Positions 47,976 to 57,802 of a stretch of DNA of 64,000 nucleotides are shown here, in pieces. The first letter of the stretch is position 1; every line of letters starts with the position of its first letter. The position numbers and the translations under genes are program-made. The notes below the pieces were generated by a model. It was not told where the DNA came from. It searched no databases and was given only the letters and a program-made list of their open reading frames with translations. Origin of the DNA: a virus. The stretch is from positions 1 through 64,000 of IMG/VR virus record IMGVR_UViG_3300046616_000431; one strand, 5' to 3'.

Positions 47976-48385
47976 AGAGGCAGCTGAGGCTGGCCGACCG
48001 CCGGGGCGTGTTCCAGCGGGTGCACTTGTCCGAGGTGCAGAGCTTCGGGCTGGAGCTGCTGATCCTGCTGGACGGCTGGGCCGAGAGCGACGCGAAGACC
48101 GAGCAGCGCAACGACCAGCTGCGGATGGCTCTCGTGGCCGCCGGGGAGTCCCCTGCGGACCTCTTCGAGCCGGAGAGCTACGACGACTTCGACCCCGCCG
48201 AGGACGAGGGCCGCGACCTGGACTACTCGGCCGTGGACTGGGCCGAGGAGGCCTCGGTCGACGACTGGGCCCTGCTGCAGCAGGCGCTGGACTCCACCCG
48301 GGTTTCGGTCGAGGGCAGCAGCGAGGGCGAGAAGCCGGACGGGCCTGAGCTGCCGGACGTGGACTTCGATCGGGAGTGGCAGTAA
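47936..48385 (+). CDS. -1 frameshift extension of tail assembly chaperone (gpGT-like)
   Basis: G GGA AAA at 47936-47942; the -1 frame continues GKSLRPDGLDPWLE to TAA 48385. Confidence 0.8.
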   Translation, partial: GKSLRPDGLDPWLERQLRLADRRGVFQRVHLSEVQSFGLELLILLDGWAESDAKTEQRNDQLRMALVAAGESPADLFEPESYDDFDPAEDEGRDLDYSAVDWAEEASVDDWALLQQALDSTRVSVEGSSEGEKPDGPELPDVDFDREWQ

Positions 48386-50580
48386 TGACGACGCCCCCAC
48401 CGGGTAACCCCCAGGGTCTGACCGGTGCCCTGACGCGCCTGACGATGCAGCTGCAGGCGATGCTGCACCAGAACCAGACGCTCAACAACCTGCCGTCGAG
48501 CGCCCGGCAGTACCTGCAGCAGGCCCGCCAGCAGATCGCCAGCCCGGCCGCGCTGCTGGGCGGCCAGGTGCCGCCTCCGGCCGCGCCGACGGCGCAGTGG
48601 ATAAACTCGGCGGCGGCGTCGTTCCTGAGCCAGGTGGTGCTCAACCAGCCGAACCGGGGCACCGGCCAGACCACCACTCCTACGACCCCGGGGCCGACGC
48701 CGCCGACCACGCCGCCGATTCCCCAGATGCCGTTCGGGCCGAGCCCGCTCATGTGGGGGTACCCGGGCGGCCACGGCGGCGGTAGCGGCGGCTACAACGG
48801 CCCCTACCCGGGCCTGTACCCGGGCCCCCTCGTCGCCCCGCAGCACGCCGGTGTGGGTGGCGGCAACGGTGGCGCCTCGACGGGCATCGGCTCCTGGGCC
48901 CGCCAGAGCGCGCCCATGGTCGGCGCGCGCATCGGAGGCCCCTGGGGCGCCGTGGCGGGCGCGGCCGTCGCTGCGTCCACGCAGATCCCGGCCGAGATCC
49001 GCAGCCAGCGCGACAAGAACGCCTACTACCAGTCGATCGAGGGCGGCTCCAACTTCGACGGCTTCGGCGAGCGCATGTCGGAGGAGGCATACCGCTGGTC
49101 GACGTTCGGCGTGCTTTCCTCCGATGAGGCCCGCAAGGCCTTCAAGGGCGTCACGAAGCTGGGCTACAACTCCAAGGTCGAGGGCGGCATCGGCCGCCAG
49201 GACGCGCTCGACTTCGTCTACCACGGCAAGACCCGGCGCGGCGCCTCGGTGGACGAGTCCCTGCAGACCCTGCAGGTGAACAGCAAGAACGCGCTCGGCA
49301 GCCTCAACGACCTCAACGACGCCCTCAACGCGGTGAGCGACAGTGCGGGCAAGGCGGGCATCAACTCGCAGATGGCCCGAGCCGAGTTCACGCAGCTCAT
49401 GGACCAGGCCATCAAGCAGGGCTACGGCTCGTCCGCCTCGGGTGTGGCCGCGCTGGAGCAGAACATCAAGTCCAGCTACGGCCGGTCCTTCCAGGACGTG
49501 GACGTCTCGGGGCGCCTGGGCATCAACCGCGCGTACCTGGCCGCGTCGATGACGGGGACGACCGTCTCTAACTACCTGACGGCCGGGCCGACGGCCAAGG
49601 GGCAGGCCGACTCGGTCGTCGACCAGAACGTGGCCAAGCTCGGCCTGAAGCCGGGCGTCGAGGCGTGGATCAAGCAGCAGATCGCCAAGTCCGGCGGCAA
49701 CGTCAACGAGGGCGTCGAGCAGCAGATCGCCGAGGAGATGCTGCGGAAGTTCTACCCGAACGACCCCATGGCGCTGGCGGCCGTGGTGGGCAGCCTGTCG
49801 GGCATGCCCAGCCTGGCCTCGGACGCGGTCAAGGCGGCTGCCTGGATCGTCAAGCAGTACAACGGCAAGGGCGCTGCCGCCGAGGTGAAGGACCTCACCA
49901 GCGCGGACAAGGCGAAGCTCAAGAAGACCAGCCAGGAAAACAAGGTCTCCACCGGCGTCGGCGAGCTGCAGCGCACCTCCATGGACGACCGGGGGCCGAA
50001 CGCGGGCAAGAGCAAGCTCGGCGACCTCGACCGCGAGCACTCCGGCGGCTTCCTCGGCTTCGGCGGCCACAACTCCGACGCCTACAACGCCTACCAGAGC
50101 TGGCACAAGAAGAACGGCGGCCAGGAGGACCCGGTCGTCTACGCCCTGCTGAACAAGATCCACGGGGACGACAAGACGAAGGTCGCGGTCACCACGAAGG
50201 ACGGCAAGAAGGTCGTCTCTCTGGCCGACGCGATCAAGCGGCACCGCAACGAGCTGGCGTCCGGCAACGCCGTCATCCTCGGCCCGGACGGCGGCAAGGG
50301 CCAGTCGGTCAGGGACCTCCTCGGCAAGGACAAGATCGACCCCCTGCGGGACTACTCCAAGGAGGCCAAGGCCAAGGAGAACTCCGGCGAGTCGTTCGAG
50401 GCCTGGGAGAAGAAGCACACCAAGAAGACGAAGGACGGCGGGAAGCTGGAGATCGGCCTGACGGCCGACGCCCGGCGCCTGCTGACCGTCATGGACTCCA
50501 CCGGCGTCTCCGGCGCCTCGGCGACCGCGTCCCCGCCGCTGAGCCCGTTCCCCTCCAACCCCAGCTACGGCGGGGAGTAG
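48385..50580 (+). CDS. tape measure protein
   Basis: TAATG coupling after chaperone; A/G/K-rich helical; 731 aa. Confidence 0.75.
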   Translation: MTTPPPGNPQGLTGALTRLTMQLQAMLHQNQTLNNLPSSARQYLQQARQQIASPAALLGGQVPPPAAPTAQWINSAAASFLSQVVLNQPNRGTGQTTTPTTPGPTPPTTPPIPQMPFGPSPLMWGYPGGHGGGSGGYNGPYPGLYPGPLVAPQHAGVGGGNGGASTGIGSWARQSAPMVGARIGGPWGAVAGAAVAASTQIPAEIRSQRDKNAYYQSIEGGSNFDGFGERMSEEAYRWSTFGVLSSDEARKAFKGVTKLGYNSKVEGGIGRQDALDFVYHGKTRRGASVDESLQTLQVNSKNALGSLNDLNDALNAVSDSAGKAGINSQMARAEFTQLMDQAIKQGYGSSASGVAALEQNIKSSYGRSFQDVDVSGRLGINRAYLAASMTGTTVSNYLTAGPTAKGQADSVVDQNVAKLGLKPGVEAWIKQQIAKSGGNVNEGVEQQIAEEMLRKFYPNDPMALAAVVGSLSGMPSLASDAVKAAAWIVKQYNGKGAAAEVKDLTSADKAKLKKTSQENKVSTGVGELQRTSMDDRGPNAGKSKLGDLDREHSGGFLGFGGHNSDAYNAYQSWHKKNGGQEDPVVYALLNKIHGDDKTKVAVTTKDGKKVVSLADAIKRHRNELASGNAVILGPDGGKGQSVRDLLGKDKIDPLRDYSKEAKAKENSGESFEAWEKKHTKKTKDGGKLEIGLTADARRLLTVMDSTGVSGASATASPPLSPFPSNPSYGGE

Positions 50581-50583
50581 GCC

Positions 50584-51240
50584 ATGGCTCTCGCGTCCCT
50601 GGGCTTCTCCGGCGGCCCGCAGCTCACCTTCCGGATCAACCCCAGCAGCATCAACTGGGGCTTCGACATCCACAGCAGCGTCACCCACACCGTCGGCGGC
50701 CGGGTCGTCCAGATCACCGGCGCGACGCTGCGGGACATGACCGTCACCGGCTACCTCGGCGAAAACCGCAAGGCGGGCGCGTCCCCGGACAGCCTGCCGG
50801 ACCATGCGGGCGTCTCCTGGCGCCTGCACGAGGCGTTCATGGCCCGCTGCCGCCAGATCATGAACCACCAGTCCCGCGACGCCAGCAAGACCGGGAAGAT
50901 GCACGAGCCCGCGATCTTCAACTACCCGCCGAAGGACTGGCGGTGGCAGGTCTACCTCAAGAGCGTCGAAGACCTCGACGGCAACGCCAGCATCGAGCAC
51001 CGCACGGGCAAGTACAGCCACGGCTACAAGCTGACGCTGTTCATCGTCCAGTCCGGCTCGGCCAGCCTGGTCTCCGCCGGTGCGTCCAAGAACGAGATCG
51101 ACGCCGCGCAGGCCAAGGCGATCTCCTCGTACATCGAGCGCATCAGCGAGGGCATCGGCTGGCGCCAGAGCCAGTACAACGGCGGCCTGTCCGACTCAGC
51201 CGCCCAGGAGAGCGACAAGGGCCAGAAGGAGGACAAGTAG
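50584..51240 (+). CDS. baseplate / tube-initiator-like protein
   Basis: LTFRINPSSI motif; follows tape measure. Confidence 0.65.
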   Translation: MALASLGFSGGPQLTFRINPSSINWGFDIHSSVTHTVGGRVVQITGATLRDMTVTGYLGENRKAGASPDSLPDHAGVSWRLHEAFMARCRQIMNHQSRDASKTGKMHEPAIFNYPPKDWRWQVYLKSVEDLDGNASIEHRTGKYSHGYKLTLFIVQSGSASLVSAGASKNEIDAAQAKAISSYIERISEGIGWRQSQYNGGLSDSAAQESDKGQKEDK

Positions 51241-51434
51241 TGGCTGCAGGCGAACGCGAGTGCATCATCAAGGTGCTGCGCCACATCGCGCCGAGCGAGC
51301 CCACCGGCCGTATCTGGGGACGCAAGCAGTCGGCCGACGGCGGGCAGGGACGAGAGGGCAACCTGTGGGCCGCCGACCCGGAGGACCTTGCCGACCTCAT
51401 CGTCGCCGAGCTGACCCGAGAGCGAGGGTGGTAA
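51240..51434 (+). CDS. small hypothetical protein
   Basis: TAGTG coupling; 3' end of track ORF 49665..51434. Confidence 0.5.
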   Translation: MAAGERECIIKVLRHIAPSEPTGRIWGRKQSADGGQGREGNLWAADPEDLADLIVAELTRERGW

Positions 51435-51664
51435 TGGCTGACCAGTGGGGGTCCGACGTTCCCGTCTCGATGCCGCAGCCGCTGCCGAAGGACGTCGTCG
51501 GCGTCGTGCACATGGGCGGGTTCGTCATGACCGAGAGCGGCCTCTTCCCTGACCTGTCGGCCGCCGACCACGAGTGGCTGTCCCGGCCTACCTTCGCGCC
51601 GTACAACCCGATGAACGACCTGGTCGAGTCCGTCCCTGACCCCGCCGACGACGAGGATTTCTAG
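51434..51664 (+). CDS. small acidic protein
   Basis: TAATG coupling; MADQWGSD... Confidence 0.6.
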   Translation: MADQWGSDVPVSMPQPLPKDVVGVVHMGGFVMTESGLFPDLSAADHEWLSRPTFAPYNPMNDLVESVPDPADDEDF

Positions 51665-51885
51665 CGCTTGCGCCGTAGCACCACGATGAGCTTCAGCGCC
51701 AGGAACGGCCAGGAGAACAAGAGGTGCAACACGATGAGAGGGAGCTGATCTTCCAGGTCCCAGGCCAGGAACGACCCATCGTTCTTGACGGCCTTGATGG
51801 CAATCGAGGAAACCTGCGCCCAGCCGATCATCCAGGCCACACCGGTGATCACGAGCAGTGGCGTGACGATCGACTCTGGATTCAT
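51661..51885 (-). CDS. small two-TM membrane protein (moron)
   Basis: GGAG RBS; two hydrophobic helices, basic C-terminus; lower GC. Confidence 0.6.
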   Translation of the reverse strand: MNPESIVTPLLVITGVAWMIGWAQVSSIAIKAVKNDGSFLAWDLEDQLPLIVLHLLFSWPFLALKLIVVLRRKR

Positions 51886-51917
51886 TCTCCGGAGTCTACC
51901 GACTCAAGGAGGGGTTC

Positions 51918-52580
51918 GTGGCCGACAGCCGCAAGGGGCTGAACTGCACCCTGTCCTACCCGGACGGCAAGACCAACCGGCAGTTCAGGGTGCGTGTCGA
52001 CTCTATCGGCCACGGCGTGACGATGGTGGCCGACGAGTCGAGCGCCCGTAACTCGCGCGCCTACTACCCGCACCGGGTGGCGCCGTCGCGCTTCTACCTG
52101 CGGGTGCTCCTGAAGGGGTACGCGGAGCGCCGGGCGTTCTCCAACTGGATGCAGGGCTACGCCGACCACGTGATGAACCCGGGCCTGGCCGTCGGCAAGA
52201 AGTTCCCCGACATGCGCGTCATGGTGCCGTCGAGGAACTTCGACCGCGAGGGCGTGCCGCTGACGGGGTTCGAGTGGGGTGACGCCATCGGCGCGATCCT
52301 GTGGACGCCGACGATCGTCTTCGAGACGACGGGTGAGCCCCAGGACACCGACTCCTGGACGACGAGCAGGTTCGTCAGCGCTGCGGACCCGGACCTGAAG
52401 TACTTCTGGCCCGCCGGTACGCAGCTCGGCGGCAACGCCGTGCCGTCGGGCAACTACAACAACGTCATCGACGGCTCCGACGGCGGCTCCGACGAGGGTC
52501 AGACCCTGGAGGACATCCCCGTGCATGCCCAGCCGAACGAGGGCACCAAGCCGAACGACCGGTACGACTACGGGAGCTAA
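51918..52580 (+). CDS. baseplate-region protein
   Basis: AAGGAGG RBS; position. Confidence 0.7.
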   Translation: MADSRKGLNCTLSYPDGKTNRQFRVRVDSIGHGVTMVADESSARNSRAYYPHRVAPSRFYLRVLLKGYAERRAFSNWMQGYADHVMNPGLAVGKKFPDMRVMVPSRNFDREGVPLTGFEWGDAIGAILWTPTIVFETTGEPQDTDSWTTSRFVSAADPDLKYFWPAGTQLGGNAVPSGNYNNVIDGSDGGSDEGQTLEDIPVHAQPNEGTKPNDRYDYGS

Positions 52581-52824
52581 CGCGCTGGCGTCCGCCTCCG
52601 CCAAGAGACTACGGACACCAGCGCGTGCAAGGAATGCCCGGACACCGTAGCAGTTCTCCTGTTCTCTGATCTGCCATTCGCCTCAACGACGCGGGGCCAG
52701 GCTCCCGGTCTGCCCCGGGTCACCTGGCCCCACTTGCAGCTGCCCACGGCGGCTGCCTTGTCCTGCCAAGGTACCTGATCCGACCTCGTGTCCGCACGCA
52801 TCTGCCGCGCCCCAAGGGGCGGAG

Positions 52825-55317
52825 GTGGTCCAGATTCCGAACTTCGTGATGGCTCCTGGGGTCAAGGTCTACATCGCGACCGAGAAGCACGGGATCATCG
52901 ACGTCTCGGACGACCTGGTCGAGGGCTCGATGACGCGGCGTTCCGACGGCGTCAGCTCGTTCAGCTTCTCGCTGCAGAACGTGCGCCGGAAGTACGACGG
53001 GGTCCTGTCGCCGAACGACCGCGTCGCCGTCCAGATGAAGCGCCTGAAGTGGGTGCAGGTCTACACCGGCTACCTGAACAAGGTGCCGCTGGTGACGGCC
53101 TGGCCGCGCGTGGTTCACCTGACGTCGTCCTGCTCGCTGAAGCGCCTGCAGTACTGGTACTGGGACTCCCACGCCGAGGCCTCCCAGATGATGGTGAGGC
53201 AGGCGCTGACGGACGCGGGCAAGGAGTCCGGCGTCAGCGACGGCGGCATGACCAACGTGATCTTGACGATCCTGAAGAAGGTCGTCGGCTGGCCCGAGTC
53301 GAGGGTCCACATCGCGAAGATCCCCGGCAACTGGTTCGGCGTCGTCGAGACCCTGGCCAAGCAGATCAACGCCGAACTCGACAACGCGGACAAGATCGCC
53401 CGGACCCTCCTTGAGTCGCTGGGCACCGCTTCGGTCGGCGTGGGCGGCGGCGACGCCAGCTCGCTGACCGGCGAGTACGGCGGCTTCAACTCCTCCGAGC
53501 AGAAGAAGAACGGCGCGACGATCTACTCGGTCGGCAAGCAGAAGGGCGGCAGCACCCGGGACTGCATCATCGCGATCATGACGGCGATGCAGGAGTCGGG
53601 CCTGGTCAACCTCGACCACGGCGACCGGGACTCGATCGGCCTGTTCCAGCAGCGCCCGAGCCAGGGCTGGGGAACCAAGGCCGAGATCATGAACCCGGAG
53701 TACTCGGCGGGGAAGTTCTTCGAGGCCCTGTTCAAGGTCAAGAACCGCGACAGCATGGAGCTGTGGGAGGCCTGCCAGGCTGTGCAGCGCTCCGGCCTTC
53801 CGAGGGCCTACGCGGCGCACGAGAAGGCCGCCACGGCGATGGTGCGCGACCTGGAGAAGGGCAAGAGCGGCGACAAGAACACGGACGACCTGAAGTCCAA
53901 GCCGCAGGGCACCTCCAGCGGCCTCGCGCTGGCGCAGACGGCCGTGAACTACTGCAGCAAGTACCCGAACATCCCGTACACCCAGAAGTACGGCGGCACG
54001 CAGATGGACGTCCTGACGGCGAACCCGCCGCCGGGCCTGGACTGCTCCAGCTTCGTGCAGGCGATGTACCTGCGGACCATGGGCAGCCTCTACAGCCTGC
54101 CGCGCGTGGCCGCCGACCAGTACGCCTTCTGCAAGGACGTCTCCGTGGAGACAGCCCTCAAGACGCCCGGGGCGCTGGTCTTCAAGGGCGGCTCGGCCAG
54201 CGGCATCTACCACGTCGAGATGTCCCTGGGGGACGGCAAGAGCACGGTCGGCGCGCACCGCGCCGGGGCCAAGCCGCACGATGTCGGCGTCAACCCGCCG
54301 TCGGCCGCTAGCTACTGGGACTTCGGCGGCTTCCTGCCCCGCATCGCCTACACGACCGGCGCGGGCGGGGTCATCTTCGAGGGCACGGACGGGGTCGAGG
54401 GGGCCGCCAGCTCCACCGAGCCTGTCGTCGAGCTGGTCACCGGCGCGGACGCGCCCGGCTACAACCCGGACGACCCCTTTGACAAGATGTTCGGCGACAA
54501 CGCCTGGCTGCCGATCTCGACGGCCGAGAACGACCCGAACTACGCCATGGCGCAGATGCTGGCGGGGCCGCGCGCGCTGCTCAACGACCAGCCGTTGCTG
54601 CCCTACCTGAAGAACCTGTTCAACTCGACGATGAGGTCGTTCTCCTCGGCGCCGAACGGGGACCTGATCGCCTGGTACCCGGACTACTACGGCATGTGGG
54701 GCGCCGCCGCGAAAATGGTCATCGAGCCCATCGAGGTCCAGGACTTCGAGGTGAGCTGGTCGGACGACTACATGGTCACGCACCAGTTCGTGGTGACCAG
54801 CCCGCAGGGGTCGACGAACACCTTCGACCCGGCGACCGGCACCATCCAGTCGATCACCCAGGACTACCTGGCCCAGTCGGCGATCTTCACGACAGGCGTG
54901 GTCTCGGTGGACTTCCCGGGCGTCTGGAAGGCCCTCTTCGGCATGGATATGACCGAGAAGCAGGCCAAGGCGTACGCCGACAACATCAAGAAGCGCTTCG
55001 GCGCCCGGCCGGACTACCAGCAGCTGCCGGGCCTGGTCGGGCCGAAGGCGCAGCTGTTCGCCGCGATCTTCCTCTTCATGAGGCAGTTCGCGTACCAGTA
55101 CCAGGCGTCGGTGCCGCTGACATTCATGCCGGAGCTGTACCCCGGCATGCTCATCCAGATCCCGGCCTTCAACTTCCAGGCGTACGTCACCACCGTGACG
55201 CACACCTTCAAGTTCGGGCCTGACGGCTACTTCAACACGGCGGTCAACATCGCGGCTCCGGCCCGCCTCACCGGCGACAAGAAGCTGCTCGGACTCCCCA
55301 TGGCTGGTGGCCAGTGA
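52825..55317 (+). CDS. baseplate hub with lysozyme-like and NlpC/P60 peptidoglycan hydrolase domains
   Basis: AMQESGL..DRDSIGLFQQRPSQGWG; GLDCSSFV...HVEM; flanked by hub-like halves; start codon uncertain. Confidence 0.85.
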   Translation: MVQIPNFVMAPGVKVYIATEKHGIIDVSDDLVEGSMTRRSDGVSSFSFSLQNVRRKYDGVLSPNDRVAVQMKRLKWVQVYTGYLNKVPLVTAWPRVVHLTSSCSLKRLQYWYWDSHAEASQMMVRQALTDAGKESGVSDGGMTNVILTILKKVVGWPESRVHIAKIPGNWFGVVETLAKQINAELDNADKIARTLLESLGTASVGVGGGDASSLTGEYGGFNSSEQKKNGATIYSVGKQKGGSTRDCIIAIMTAMQESGLVNLDHGDRDSIGLFQQRPSQGWGTKAEIMNPEYSAGKFFEALFKVKNRDSMELWEACQAVQRSGLPRAYAAHEKAATAMVRDLEKGKSGDKNTDDLKSKPQGTSSGLALAQTAVNYCSKYPNIPYTQKYGGTQMDVLTANPPPGLDCSSFVQAMYLRTMGSLYSLPRVAADQYAFCKDVSVETALKTPGALVFKGGSASGIYHVEMSLGDGKSTVGAHRAGAKPHDVGVNPPSAASYWDFGGFLPRIAYTTGAGGVIFEGTDGVEGAASSTEPVVELVTGADAPGYNPDDPFDKMFGDNAWLPISTAENDPNYAMAQMLAGPRALLNDQPLLPYLKNLFNSTMRSFSSAPNGDLIAWYPDYYGMWGAAAKMVIEPIEVQDFEVSWSDDYMVTHQFVVTSPQGSTNTFDPATGTIQSITQDYLAQSAIFTTGVVSVDFPGVWKALFGMDMTEKQAKAYADNIKKRFGARPDYQQLPGLVGPKAQLFAAIFLFMRQFAYQYQASVPLTFMPELYPGMLIQIPAFNFQAYVTTVTHTFKFGPDGYFNTAVNIAAPARLTGDKKLLGLPMAGGQ

Positions 55318-55904
55318 TCGGCAGCGCAGCAACGCACGGGCTCGCCTGGTCCCTGAAGCAGGTCGTCCTGCGCGAGGTGGACCGGGCCAAGGGGCTGGCC
55401 CTCGGGGTCGACACCGAGGGGCAGTACGTCGAGGTGCGCCTGAGCATCCGCCGTTCGGGCATCGTCCCGAAGGTAGGCCAGACCTGGCTGATCGACCGCG
55501 ACTTCGGGGTGTGGTCCCTGGCTGCGCTGGTCGACCTCGCCCCGCCCGACGTGACCGGCGGGGAGTGGCTGCCGCTGACGCTGAAGAACGGCTGGACCGG
55601 CCCCACCACGACGGCTGACGCGCCCGCGCAGGCCCGCCTGAGCAACGGGTGGATCGAGGTCAGCGGCGTCATCAACGGCGGCACGGTACCGGCCGTGGGG
55701 GTCGACCTGGTGGTCGCGACGCTCCCCAGCGCCCTCCCGGCCCACTACAAGGGCAACGCTGTTCTGGCCAGCAACCTGCCCAGCGGGACGGTCGGCTACG
55801 TCCGCGCGGGCCTCCTGCAGAACGGGGACATCACAATCAAGGTCTCGCAGGCCTACACCCCGGCCTGGATCGACCTCAGCACCCTGAAAGCCCGGGTGAC
55901 ATGA
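55314..55904 (+). CDS. baseplate spike-like protein
   Basis: N-terminal OB-fold-like PKVGQTWLI; follows hub. Confidence 0.55.
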   Translation: MIGSAATHGLAWSLKQVVLREVDRAKGLALGVDTEGQYVEVRLSIRRSGIVPKVGQTWLIDRDFGVWSLAALVDLAPPDVTGGEWLPLTLKNGWTGPTTTADAPAQARLSNGWIEVSGVINGGTVPAVGVDLVVATLPSALPAHYKGNAVLASNLPSGTVGYVRAGLLQNGDITIKVSQAYTPAWIDLSTLKARVT

Positions 55905-56004
55905 AAAAAGTGAGACCCATGGGTCTCACTTTTCCCGCCCTCAAAAACTGTGACATGCATGTCACAGAACTGGGGCTCCGAAAACTGTGACATGCATGTC
56001 ACAG
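55896..56004. repeat. palindrome cluster, putative parS centromere and/or terminator
   Basis: 28-bp perfect palindrome at 55906-55933; AAAA+CTGTGACATGCATGTCACAG at 55948-55967 and 55985-56004; half-site GTGACATG at 55896. Confidence 0.8.
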
Positions 56005-56012
56005 ATCCGAGG

Positions 56013-56897
56013 TCAGCTCTTGAGCAAGCCTTCAGCCTCGGCCAGCCTCTGCTTCATCTCATCGACATACTCCTGAGCGGACTGCCGGTCGACCGTGACC
56101 AGCTCCTTGAGGAGCCCCAGGTCGATCTTTCCGGCGGCCCGAGCCTCCTTCAGGCGGACATCGACAGGGCGCGACTGGCGGGCGCCGATCGCCTTCGGCT
56201 CCTGCGCAGCGGCGGCACTGGCGTCCATTAGGCGGCGGAGATTCTTTACCGCCGAGACGGTCACCGGCCCTTCGGCTGCCAGCTCGTCGTACTTGGCCCG
56301 GAGGAGGTCGGGGTCATCCTTACCCAGGGCGTAGAGCTGCTCGACCACCAGCTGCGCCAGCGGAGTGGTCACTCGACTCCCCAGCGTCGAGTAGACAACG
56401 TAGTGCCGGATCGCGCGGTAGTAGACGTGCCGCTCGATGCCGATCGCCTTGGCGAACTTCTCAACGGACTTGTGGCCGCCCGCCGTGTAGCTGCCCTTCT
56501 TCTGAACCTCGGCGAACCAGCGGCCGGTGAGGATCCAGTAGTTGGTCTCGATCTGGGCGAACCCGTTCCCGGCCGCTTCGCCGACCTTGCGGATCTGGCG
56601 TTCCGCGTGAGCAAGGTGCTGCAAGTCGGAAGAGTCATCCGGCGCCTGGACGTACTCGAAGGGGTTCGAGGGCTCCGGGGAGTGGATGATCCCTTCGAGA
56701 GGCGCCGGGGCGACCTGGTGCGGCACCTCGACCTCGGCCGGGGCGCTCGCTGCAGCCTGGGCGGCCTCCGTCAGTGCGGGGTCGTCCTCCCCTCGCCGGG
56801 CGACCGGCTTGACGGCGGCCAGCGCAGCTGCACCCTTCGCCGCCCGCCTCTCGGCCGCCGTCTTCGGTCCCTGCTTGGTTCCTTCTCCGAGCCTCAC
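56013..56897 (-). CDS. ParA partner / putative centromere-binding protein
   Basis: GTG overlaps ParA stop (GTGA); disordered N-terminus, helical SVEKFAKAIGIERHVYYR. Confidence 0.7.
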   Translation of the reverse strand: MRLGEGTKQGPKTAAERRAAKGAAALAAVKPVARRGEDDPALTEAAQAAASAPAEVEVPHQVAPAPLEGIIHSPEPSNPFEYVQAPDDSSDLQHLAHAERQIRKVGEAAGNGFAQIETNYWILTGRWFAEVQKKGSYTAGGHKSVEKFAKAIGIERHVYYRAIRHYVVYSTLGSRVTTPLAQLVVEQLYALGKDDPDLLRAKYDELAAEGPVTVSAVKNLRRLMDASAAAAQEPKAIGARQSRPVDVRLKEARAAGKIDLGLLKELVTVDRQSAQEYVDEMKQRLAEAEGLLKS

Positions 56898-57685
56898 GCG
56901 GCCTGCTCCTCTTCCTTGATGGCCTCGCGCAGTACGTGACGCACGAGGTGGCTGAACTCGTCGAGATCGGAGAGCGTGGGGGTCTCCTCCCAGGCTCGGG
57001 TGTAGTGCGTGCGGCCACTGACGTCGAAGTAGGGGTGCACGAACGGGACCGGGATGAAGTCCGGGTCGCGCTCGCTCAGGTCGGTCGCCAGGATGGCCCG
57101 CTGCTCTTCGGGGAGCGAGGTCGCGAACTTGCAGGCGACAAAGAAGTAGTGGACGCCGAGCCCGTTCTCGTTCAGCCGGGCCGCCCTGGCTGCGGTCTGC
57201 AGGGTGGCCTGGATGCGGACGGTCTCCCAGCCGGACGGGGCGCTCGGCATCAGGAGGAGATCCCCCTGAATGCAGAGATCGGTAAAGGCTTCCTTGTCGC
57301 CTCCGCCGAGGTCCACGAGGACGACGTCGTAGTCGGCCTTCAGCTCCTTGATGCGCTTCTCCAGCGTCGGCCCCTTCTGGTCGTTCACGTTGTGCTCGAC
57401 GAGGGCAAAGGGGACCTTCTCCCCGAGCGCATCGCGGATGGCGACCCAGGTGGCCAGGGTCTGGCTGTTGAAGTCGGTGTCGACGATGACGACTCGCATT
57501 CCGAGGGTCCGGGCGAACCACAGGGCGAGGTAGAGGGTCGAGGTCGACTTGCCGGTGCCGCCCTTGAGGACACCGATGCCGACGGCGAGACCTCCTCGGG
57601 ATCGGATCCAGTCCTTGATCTGGGCGACGGGCGCCATGAGCCTCTTCAGCTCTCGGTCGTCCCTGGGTTTGTGCTTGGGGTTCAT
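56894..57685 (-). CDS. parA: ParA family partition ATPase
   Basis: deviant Walker A KGGTGKST, VVIVDTD, YDVVLVDLGG; AGGAG RBS. Confidence 0.9.
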   Translation of the reverse strand: MNPKHKPRDDRELKRLMAPVAQIKDWIRSRGGLAVGIGVLKGGTGKSTSTLYLALWFARTLGMRVVIVDTDFNSQTLATWVAIRDALGEKVPFALVEHNVNDQKGPTLEKRIKELKADYDVVLVDLGGGDKEAFTDLCIQGDLLLMPSAPSGWETVRIQATLQTAARAARLNENGLGVHYFFVACKFATSLPEEQRAILATDLSERDPDFIPVPFVHPYFDVSGRTHYTRAWEETPTLSDLDEFSHLVRHVLREAIKEEEQAA

Positions 57686-57802
57686 GTGCTCTCCTGATTG
57701 GCGGGCTGTGGGGGCCATCCTGCCGCAAGATCCCGCCTCTCAGGCGCACCCGGTCATGTCTCGGCCCGTCACCGCGCCTCTCAAGGGGCGAGGAGGTGGC
57801 GA

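Noticed and set aside
52577-52801. 74-aa - strand ORF between baseplate genes
   Set aside because: No clear RBS, weak codon bias, and it overlaps the late motif; not supportable.
55944-56004. Mini CRISPR array
   Set aside because: Only two 24-bp copies separated by 13 bp, with no cas genes; adjacency to parA favours parS.
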